NCBI GenBank assembly: GCA_004431415.1
Contig: QPMI01000133.1
Coordinates: 186,001 to 250,000 of the forward strand
DNA: 64,000 nucleotides
Origin: Cyanophora paradoxa CCMP329
Taxonomy: Eukaryota > Plantae > Glaucophyta
Reading direction: 5' to 3'
Both the position numbers and the translations under genes were made by a program. Below, piece after piece: positions 54,473 to 64,000 of this stretch. Numbering within the stretch: the stretch's first letter is position 1; each line of letters starts with the position of its first letter. The notes under the pieces are model-generated. The model was given only the letters and a program-made list of their open reading frames with translations, did not search any database and was not told the DNA's origin.

Positions 54473-57400
54473 ATGGTGGACGTAGCCCAGCTGCGCGCGG
54501 CGCTGGCCGTGATTCACGCGCCGCAGTCTCCGGCGGACCAGCGCAAGGCGGCTAACGCTGTGCGCGTTCAACGTTCGCGCCGCGCCCGCCGGCTGACACT
54601 CGGGTCGCGCAGTACGCGGATGCGTTCCTCAACCAGCAGGATGCACAGGCCGTCATCGATGCGGGGATGCAGCTGGCGCGCCTCGCCCCCGAGAACACCG
54701 AGCACGTCCGCCACTTCGGCCTCCACGCGCTCGAGCACGTCGTCAAGCGCCACTGGAACTCGTTCCCGGAGCAGTACAAGACGGAGTTCAAGGCGATGTG
54801 CCTCAACCTGCTCTCATCGGTGCGCTGACCGGTGTCGGCGGCCGCCGGCGCGGGCGATTCGAAAGCGGGCGGCAGGGGACGGGCGCGATCGACAAGGAGA
54901 AGCAGTTCATCAAGGAGAAGGCGAGCAAGCTGACGACGGAGGTCGCGCTCCGCGAGTGGCCGCAGCGCTGGCCCGACCTCGTCGACTCGCTCGTCGCAAT
55001 CGCCAACTCCGGGGCGCGTCCGGGCCCCGCCTCTTCCCCGCTTCCTTCATTGTGCCTGCATCTCGCGCACGCGCGTCTTACGCTCGGGCCGCAGGAGCGG
55101 CAGGCCGAAATGGTCTTCCTCGTCCTCCGCTCCCTCCCCGAAGAGGTCATCGCGCTCAGCGACGTGCGCCGTCCCCGTACCCCCCGCAGCCGGCCGCACC
55201 GTACCCCTTAGCTTTCCGCACGCGCGCAGAGCCTGCCGGAGGGCCGCCGGAACGAGCTGATGCAGGCGAGCCCAGTTCCACCCGCCCGCTCGCCCGCCCT
55301 GCCCGCAGCGCCCCGCCCGCCCCTCACTTTTGCCGCAGGGCTTCCACGCCGTCCTCGAGAAGCTCTTCCCCTTCTTCTACCGGGTGCTCGAAAGCAGCTT
55401 CCAGGGGTACCGCGGCGCCGGTGCGCCGTCCCTCCCCCCGGCCTCGGCGGCCCCTCCCGATGCGCCCCGGGCAGCGCCGGGCTCGCGGGAGCGCTCGGCC
55501 GGCGTGGCGCTCATGCGCGCCGTTCTCTCCTGCCTTCTCTCTTACCTGGACTGGATCCCCGTCTCGTGCGCGTACCCCTCCCTCCCTCCCCTGTAGCCCT
55601 CCCGCCGCCTCGCCTCACAGCCGTTCTACCGTAACCCGCCAGGCACATCTTCACGAACAACTTCACGGCGGTCTTCTGCTCGCTGATGGGCGAGCCTGAC
55701 CTTCGCATGGCGCGCCGGGCCGTACCCCCTTGCGCGTGGAGACGCGTACCCCTCCTCATCCCTTCCCCCTCCCCAGATGTGCGCGGACTGTATGCTCCTT
55801 CTGGCGAGCCGCGACAAGGTACCCGCCCAGTTCGGCCCCCAGTTCCAGCAGGTCGGCCCCCCCGGCCCGCGCCCCCGCCCCGCCTTCGTTCGCTTTGGGC
55901 CGCTTTCGCGCGCCGAGCCTCCCGCTTTCGCCGCAGCTGTTCGAGTTCTGCGACAACGCTGCGCCATCGCTCGGCATTGCCCTACCCGGGACCGCCCCCG
56001 CTTCGCCCCCCACCCCGGCCGGCAGGTCAAACCGCCCCGCCCGCCCTCCTCTTTCCCCCCGAATTCAGTACCCCCGCAGCCCCGAGTACGCCTTCGCGAA
56101 GCGCTTCTGCCAGGTACCCTCTTTCCAGTACCCCCTGCCGATCCGGAATCGAACGGCGTACCCCCCGCCCAGATGGCGGCGGCCCTGGGGCAGAACCACG
56201 TCGGAGTCCTCCGCGAGAACAAGGCGCTCCTCGACCGGTACCCCCGAACTCCCAACCCCCCCCCCCCCACCGGACTCGAATCTGATTCCGTACCCCCCCC
56301 CCCAGGACGGTGGACACGCAGCTCGCGGTGCTGGCGCACCCGTCGCTGCTCCTCTCCGCGACCGCCGTACCCTTCTTCGCCGAGGCCCTCCGGGACCCCT
56401 CCGGCCCCGTCGCCCAGGCGCGGCGTACCCCCCTCCCCTGACGTTTCCTGTACCCCCCTCCCCTGAGGCCGCCCGCCGCACCGCAGAGCATCCGGGAGCC
56501 CGCGCGGCTCGCGGTGGCCCTGCAGCTCGCCGCCGAGCGCATCCAGAAGGTCCGTACCCCCAATCTAATATCTCACCGTACCCCCTCCTGATTTGCCCCC
56601 CCCCTCTCAGCTTCCCGAGGAGTCGCACAGGGCGGATAACGTGCAGGACTACGCTGCGGACGACTTCAGTGCCCCTACCCCCCTCCTTTCCCCCCCCCCC
56701 CACGCCCGGCTGAACGCGGTACCCCCCGAAGACGACGAGGAGGAGCTGGAGGAGTTCTTCTCAGCGTTCCGTACCCGGGTGCGGCGCGGCGGGCCTGGCG
56801 CTTTGACCGACCCGGCCACTTTCGAGCTAACTGAGCAAACCCCGCTCCTTCGCCCCCTCTCCAGGTCGCTGACGTGACGAAGAAGCTTGCAACAATCGCG
56901 GTACCTTCTCTCCGCCTCGGCCGCCCGCGCTAGGAGCCGGCTCAAGCACGATCTGACGTCCTTCTCCCCCCCCCCTTCTCCTCTCCCCTCAGCCGGCCCC
57001 CGCCGTCGAGTTCGCTCTGAACCGCCTCTCCGGCGCCCTCACCGCCGCCTCTTCCCACGTCGCCGCCGGCCGCCGCCTCCACCGTACCCCCTCCCCCTCC
57101 CCCCTCTGCTTCCTTCGTTCCCTCGCCGATGCGACGCTTCGCAGAGGCGCGGCCTCCGTACCCCGCCCTCGAAGCATCCGTCTTCTTCCTCTCCTGCGTC
57201 CTCAGGCGCGCCGTACCCCCCCGCCCAGATCCCCCCTCCTCTTTTTGATTTTTTACTGCAGCTCGGCGCTGCCCGACCCGGCGGCGCAGACCGCGGCTGG
57301 CCCCTCCGCTCCCTCCCCCACCCCCACATCGCCCTCGACGCCCGTTAAGCGCGTCGTACCCCCCCTTGCCCCGCCCGCCCCCGGCGTCCTCGAGATGCTC

Positions 57401-60400
57401 TCCGCCGCCGTCCGCATGCTCCTCTCCTTCGACGCCTCGGTACCCCCGACCCCCTCCACGAAACCGCGTACCCCCCTCATCTCCCCCCCCCTCCCTTTAC
57501 AGAAATCGGCGCTGCTGGCGAATCAGCTCTCGCACGCGGTGGAGGCGCTCTCGCCGTACTTCCGCCGCGACCCCGCCGCCCTCGGGCCCGTCATGGACCG
57601 CGTACGCGTACCCCCCTTTCCGTTCATCTCAGCCCCGCTCAGCCCCGCGCTCGGCGCAGCTGTTCCAGTGGATGGCGCCCGGGGAGGCGGCCGTGCGGGC
57701 GGCCGCGGGGGGCGACGCGGCCGGCGCCGAGGCGCAGGAGGCGCGCGCCCCTTCAGCCCTTCCTCCCCCCTCCCCGCCTGACTTATCCCACGCCCGCTCA
57801 GGTGGGGAGGCACGCCGGGGGAGCGTTCCTCCGCCTCTGCGTCGCCCTCGCGCGGGAGCTGCTCGTGCGCCCGCTCCCCCGAAGGACGACCGTTCCTCCG
57901 ATTCGATCCGACGCCGCCGGCGCAGCCGATGTACGAGAAGCTCATGCGGGCCACGGAGGGCGTCGTGGCCTCCGGCTCCGCCTTCCCTTTCGTCCAGGCG
58001 CGCCCGCCACGTACCCCCACACCAATCCCGTACCCCCGCGAGCCTGCGGCGCAGCGGACGCTGCTGGAGGCGCTGGCGGTCGTCTCCAACGCGGCCCGCA
58101 GCTACGAGCAGCAGGCCGGCCTCCTCGCCGTCGTCCGCCGTACCCCCGCCCCGCTTCCTCCCCCCGGCCTCATCCCCCCCCCGCAGCTCCTCCCCGGGTT
58201 CGAGGCGCAGTGGAACGCCCCCGAGCTGACCTCCGCCTTCGGTGCGGTGTACCCCCTTCGGGGCGCGGGGGGTACGGGGCGACGGGGCCGGCAGGGGACG
58301 CGTTGCACCTGCTGGTGCACCTGCGGGTCCTGGCGGCGCCGCCCCCCGCCCCCGGCGCCCGCTGCCAGGGCGCCCCCTTCGACTCCGCCCTCCCCGACTT
58401 CCGCCGCGCCAAGGACCACGTACCCCCCTCCCCTCCCGCCCGCCCGCCCGCGCTTGTACCCCCCCAACCCGACCGGCGGCGCCCGCAGATCGGCCTCCTC
58501 CTCTCCCTTTTCTCCGCCGTCTTCAAGCGGAGCTCCGTACCCCCGTCCCTGGAGGAGCGCCAGGCGGGGGGGTACCTCACCGCCCAGGGCCGCGTGCGGC
58601 ACCCCTTCGGCCCGCACCTCGGTGCCGTCCTGCCCCAGGCACGCGAACCCCGTACCCCGCCCCCTCCCTCTCTCCCCCTCAGAGCGGGCAGACGCTGTCG
58701 CTGCTGCGGTCGCTGGCGGCGCTGTGGAGCCCCGAGGCGCGGGCCGCGCTCCCGCCGGAGCTGCTGCCGGTCCTTGAGCCGTCGCCCTACGAGGTCGGCG
58801 TGCTGCTCCGCACCGAGGGCCCCTCGGGCCCCGGGGGGGGCGGGGGCGGCCCGTCGGCCTCGCCGGCGCCCGAGGGGGCCGGGGAGGAGCGGCCGGGCTT
58901 CGGGAGCCCGCTGAAGGGCGGGCACGGGCGGAACGCGGCGCCGGGCGGCGAGCCCCTCCTCGTCCACGAGCTCCGCCTCTGGGTCTCCTCCACCTTCGAC
59001 TTCGGGTCGGCCCGTACCCCCCCGGCACGCCTTCTCCCCTTACTGAAGTCGCCCTGTACCCCAGGTACGACGTGCTGCGGCTCGCGCTCGGCACGTACGA
59101 GTTCTACGAGTCCCTCTCCGGTCCGGCGTACCCCCCGCGGCCTCCATCCCCCTCCTCACCTGAGCGCGGGGGCAGGGACCTCGCCAACGCTGTCGGCGCT
59201 GGCGGCGCTGCTGAGCCCCTCCGCCGTGCCCCACGCCTCCGAGCGCGGCCTCCGCACCCTCGCCCGTGCGCGCCCCGCCCTGCGCCCCCCCGACCTGGCA
59301 GCGCCGCCTCGGACGCTGAGGCCGGCGCAGGGAAGGTGGTGCACCAGGCGCTGACGCGGTGCCCGCCGGAGCTGCAGGCCCCGCTGCTGGGGCCGCTCGT
59401 GGGCCCCTTCCTGCGCGCCCTCTTCGACCGCCTCGCCGCCGCGTGGGCGCCCCGCATGGAGGCCCGCCCCGGCCCCGACGGCCCCGCCCTCGCCGGCATG
59501 CCCGACGCCGGCGCCGGGGCCGGGGCCGGGGGCGAGGGGGGCGACCAGCGCGAGATCATCGCCGACATCATGCTCCGCCAGGCGCCCCGTACCCCCGCCC
59601 GCCTCCTTCCCCCCGCCTCTGACCGCGTACCCCCCGCGCTCGCAGCTCGAGCGGGAGGCGATCGGCGTGATCGACGCGCTCGTGCCCGCCGCGCCCGCCC
59701 CGCCCGAGAAGCAGAACCTGCTCCAGCCGGTACCCCCCGGCCGCACCTCCCCGCACCCAGGCCGCCCCAGCGCCTCACGCCGCACGCGCGCGCAGCCCGG
59801 GGCCGCGCCGCCAGCGCCGCCACCGCCGCCGCCGCTGCCGCCGGGGCTGGCGTGCGAGGCGCTGCTGGAGCCGGCGGCGCGGCTGCTGCTGGGCGCCCTC
59901 GTCTGGCCCGACTCGCTCTCCTGCCGCCGCGCCACCGCCCTCTGCCACCGCCTCCTGCCCTTCGCCTGCCGTCCGCCCCCGCCCCGCCACCGCCCGCGCG
60001 CGTACCCCCCGCTCACCTCGCCCCCCGCAGCGGACGCACGCCTCCAGGGGCTCGTCATCGAGGTCCGCGGCCCCGGCTCGAATCCGCGCGGGGCCCTTTC
60101 CGCAACGCTGAATCCCGTACCCCGGACGGGGCCGCAGATCCTCGTGACCGTCCTCAAGACCCTCACCTCCCGCCACCCCGTGCGCCTCCCCCGCGCCCCG
60201 TACCCCCCTCGCCCTCACGTACCCCGCAGGCCCTCGCGGAGAACTACACGGACCTCATCGCCGTCGTGCAGGACGCCTACACCCGCATGCTCCAGGCCCG
60301 ACCCCGTAAACCCCCCCCGGGATACCGCGTACCCCCTGAGCCGCGCGCAGGCGGGCCAGCAGCAGGCGGACGCCGTACGGTCCGTCCTCCTCTCCATCCC

Positions 60401-60776
60401 CGGGGCCACCCCCGAGAAGCTCCAGGTGCCGTACCCCTCCCCGGCCCGGGACGCGGTACCCCCCCCCAACCTTCGTTCGCAGGCGGTGGAGCGGGACGTG
60501 GGGGCGAAGGCGTTCAGCGAGAAGAAGGCGCGCGTCGCCGTCCGCCGCTTCCTCGAGGAGAACCTCAAGGTACCCCCCGCCCGCTGTCCCGCCCCGCCGC
60601 CGCCGGCCGCCGCTCAGATTTCGCAGATTTCGGCGGAGCGGAAGGCGGGGGCGCGGCCGGCGGGGATCCTGAACCTGCCGGAGCGGCTGCTGATCCTGCG
60701 GGGCGAGGCGGGGGGCGAGGGGGCCCACGCCCCCCTCCACGGCCTTGCCGAGTTCTTCGCCGCCCTCGACCGCTAG
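54473..60776 (+). CDS. XPO5: Exportin-5 (importin-beta family), many short introns
   Basis: VRHFGLHALEHVVKRHWN, EKQFIKEKASKL..EVALREWPQRWPD, LVLRSLPEEV and YAFAKRFCQ. TAG at 60774-60776. Confidence 0.85.
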
Positions 60777-61944
60777 CGCCAGGCCCCTCCCGCCCTATGC
60801 CCGGCTCCTTGCTGGCGCTCTATATCTAGATCCCATGAATTGAAATCGCAGTGAACTCGCCCACCTGCGCATGCGCCTCGGTGATGGGTCAGCGTGGGGG
60901 CCTAGTGGCGAGGCGCTCGCCGATCGGACGCCGACGACGAGTGCACGTGCACGTGCCATGCACGTGGGACGTGGGGGAGCCGCCGAGCGGTTCGGGATCC
61001 CCCGGACTCCGGGAGCCGCGCCGCGCCGCCTGCGAACCTCCGGCCCTCGGTGTTTCAGCCCCGGCCCTGATCATGACCTGATCATATGGTCAGGCCCTCT
61101 TATGCCTGGGCTCTGGCCTCTGGGGCCGGGGCGGGCCGCCGGCCCGGCGGGGCCAGGTCCGGGTCCAGCCCGGGCCACTGGCTACCTGGGTCGCGCGGCT
61201 CGCGCCGGGCCCCGGCCCCCGGCCCCCCGGGCCCGCGCGGCCCGCGGGGCCGGTTGCGCAGCTTATACAGCGATGCCGCCGATGAGGCTCTTAGTCGCTT
61301 GCAAGCTTGGCCTCCTTTCGATTGATAGCATACCAGGTATTTTTGCCACCGGCCGTGAATGATTGAAAACGCCCCGATCGGAAGTCTCCTACGTGCGATA
61401 TCGATCGCGTACCCGGCGCCGGGCCGCGGCCGGGCGGCGCTGCGGAGCCTGCGGGCCGCCGGGGCCGGGGCGCCTGCGGCGCGCGCGGCGCACGCGCGCG
61501 GAGAGTCGCCGGAGACTCCGGCGTACGTACGCTCCAGTTGACCGAACGGCCGTTTTAGCCGCTAGCTAGTAGCGCCGGTTCGGTCGTACGGTTCGTACCT
61601 GCACTGTGTGGAGACAGTGGAGCTCGCCGAGTACTATAGCTACTAGGCTAGTCGACGTCGAGACATGAACGTCGAACTTTTCGGAAAGCTGATCATGATC
61701 GCCATCGGCCGCCGCGGCCGGGCGCATCCGATAATCGATCGCTGCATTATCGCAGCTGCAGGCTTTGAAATTTAGCCGGCTACAGAGCGCTAGCACGGCA
61801 CGCGGCGTACGCGCGCGTGGAGCTCGATCGAGAGGCCTAGGCAAGCGAGCAGCGCACAGCGAGCGGCCAGCAGCATGAGGTGGAGCGCAGGCCTTGGCTT
61901 CTAACGCGTACGCGCGCGCGCGATCAACGGCTGCGGCCGCCAGG

Positions 61945-64000
61945 ATGAGCCACTCGAGCTCGCACGATACATCTGCAGCTGCGCATGCACATGCAGCTGG
62001 CCATGGGGAGGCCCGCGGGCGCTTCGGCGGCCGCTTCGGCCGCGGGTTCGCCGGCATGCGGAGCCTCGTGTCGGCGATGGTCGTTGCGGGAACGGCCTCG
62101 GGCGCGGCCGTGCTCCCCTCCGACGGGCCCGCGGAGGCGCGCGAGGGGCCCGTCTCCGTCCCCTCCTTCCACCACCGCCGCCGCCGCGGCATGGACCTCT
62201 CCCGCTGGACGCTCCGCTTCGTCCCCGCCGGCGCCGGCGCCGGCGCGAAGCGCGTGCCCCACTCCCGCGCCGACGGCGACGCCTCGTGCGTCGCCGCTGA
62301 CGGGTTGGACGTCGGCGCCCGCCCCGCGGCCGCCGCCCTCGAGCGGTGCGGCCGCGGCCGCGCTCCCCTCTCTTCTAGATCCTCTCCGCCGCGCGCGCGC
62401 CCTTGACCCGCGGCCCTCGCAGGCGCTATTTGGAGCAGACCGCTCTGAGCAGCGCGGTCAGCGCCCGCGTCGCGTCCATCCTCCTCCTTCTGGAGAACAT
62501 CGTCATCGCCTTTACGGTCCCAAAGGACCCTCGCTTTGGCCTCATTCCCTGGATCCAGCTTGCGGTCTCGGCCCCCTTCCAGCTCGCCCTCTTCGGCGCG
62601 TCCTTCTCCCGGGCCGCCCTCCCGCGCCTCTTCGAGCCCCTCGTGTCCCTCTCCGTCCTTTCCTTCTCCATCTCCCAGGTCCCCCCCCCCTCGCCGCCCG
62701 AATCGCCGTACCCCTCCGTAAGCGCGACGGGGGTACAGCGTTTCCTGTTCGAAATTCTGGTGGTCCACAACGTGGCGATCGGGGGCGACCGCTGCGCGTA
62801 CCACACCGCGATCATCTGCGTCATCATGCTCTGGGTACGGCTTTTTCAAGCCTTTTTTTCTTCAACCCGCCCGACGTACCCCCAGTTGGCGTGCACGTAC
62901 TCTAACTTGCGCTTCCACGTGTCCGTCATCGTATCCCTCCTCCTCGTTCTTGAGGTACCCCCTCCCCAGCCCTTCTCCCCTCCCTCCCGGGTCCCTCCCT
63001 TCGCGCCCTGCCGCCCCCAACACAACGGCTCCCGTGCAGTCCTTTCTGCCGATCCCGCTCGTCCTGGGGCTCGGCCTCCCCGGCTCGCCCTGCCTCTCCC
63101 TCGAGCAGCACGGCACGGTGCGCCCGTACCCCCCTTGTCTCCTTCCCTGTACCCCCGCTCCAACGCGGGCGCAGTGCGCGCTGAGCGGCGTGCTGGCGGT
63201 TGCTGCATCGTACCTCCGCGAGCGCGGCGAGCGCCGCCTGTTCCTCCAAGTCCTGGTACCCCCCGCCCGCCCGCCTCCCGACGCGGTACCCCTGCCCGAG
63301 CCTCTGGCCGCAGGCGGCGGAACGTCGGACGAGCCCCCTCCCGGTTTCGAACCCGTCCGAGACGCGCGAGCCTGCGCCTCTTCAGTCGCTGAATCCCTTC
63401 CGGCGGACGGCGCTTCAAGCGTCGGCCGGAGGCGACTCGGCCGACGAGGAGCGGCCAGCGGAGCGCGCCGCGCCGGCCCCCGCCGGCGACACCCCCCGCC
63501 ACTCCGGAGGCTCCCCCCGCCGGGTCTCCTTTGGTTCGGGGTCCGGATCCGGGTCTCGCGCCCTAGCTACGGAGGCGGGCCCGCGGCGGACGTCGGGCGG
63601 CGCCGATCGATCTTCCGGCCGCTCGAGCTCGTTCGCAAGCCTGGTGCCCCCCTCTACTTCCAGCCCGCGCCCGCCTCCTGCAGCTGGCTCCGCCGCGCGC
63701 TCTGAGCTTCGTCGCCGCAGCGCGCGCTGCGGCTCACGCCCTCAGGTATCGTGCCGGAGTGGAGCGCAGGCGGCTCTACCCCCGGCCCCGACACCCCTTC
63801 CTCGCGGGACCCCCTTACCGGCCCCGAGGGGGGTACCGGCAACTCGGCGGCCGTGTGGCCGGAGGGCAGCCACGAAGAGGCGGCGCGCGTCGCGCCGCGC
63901 GGGCGGCTGCGGCGGCTCCTGCGCTGGCTTGTCGCGGGCAGCCCCTTCCCCTCCCCCGAGGCCGAGCGGGGGTACCAGATCTTCTACTGCTACCGCGCCT
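61945..64000 (+). CDS. Multi-pass membrane protein resembling the membrane region of transmembrane nucleotidyl cyclases (partial)
   Basis: WTLRF..LER..YL, about six hydrophobic segments, LRF motif and YLRERGERRLF. No catalytic domain inside the window. Confidence 0.5.

Noticed and set aside
28300-64000. Many long Arg/Pro/Gly/Ala-rich six-frame ORFs
   Set aside because: These arise from very high GC and read through introns or antisense of real spliced genes.

Overview
The window has two parts. Bases 1 to about 20,800 are endogenous viral DNA. The left block (1-10,200) is a Polinton/Maverick-like virus with two head-to-head minor capsid (penton) genes, a double-jelly-roll major capsid protein with Nucleocytoviricota-type motifs, an A32-type packaging ATPase, an rve integrase and a protein-primed PolB. 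A repeat-rich middle block (10,250-15,125) holds two spliced genes missed by the ORF track: a histone H3 variant with a remodelled tail and a circovirus-type Rep/SF3 helicase with a degenerate HUH motif. An AT-richer right block (15,125-20,800) holds a cassette of paralogous fibre genes, a prokaryotic-type AdoMet decarboxylase and terminal-looking repeat arrays. Bases from about 20,800 to 64,000 are GC-rich, intron-dense nuclear DNA of a probably plastid-bearing protist, since a psaB fragment sits in one intron. This part carries a soluble-adenylyl-cyclase-like gene that runs into the viral block, an NLR-like TIR-SAM-SAM-NACHT-pentapeptide-WD40 locus with 17 one-repeat-per-exon WD40 units, a BTB/KCTD gene, exportin-5 plus two inverted partial copies of it, and a multi-pass membrane gene. 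All family calls come from motif recognition by eye. Spliced models are manual and need RNA support.
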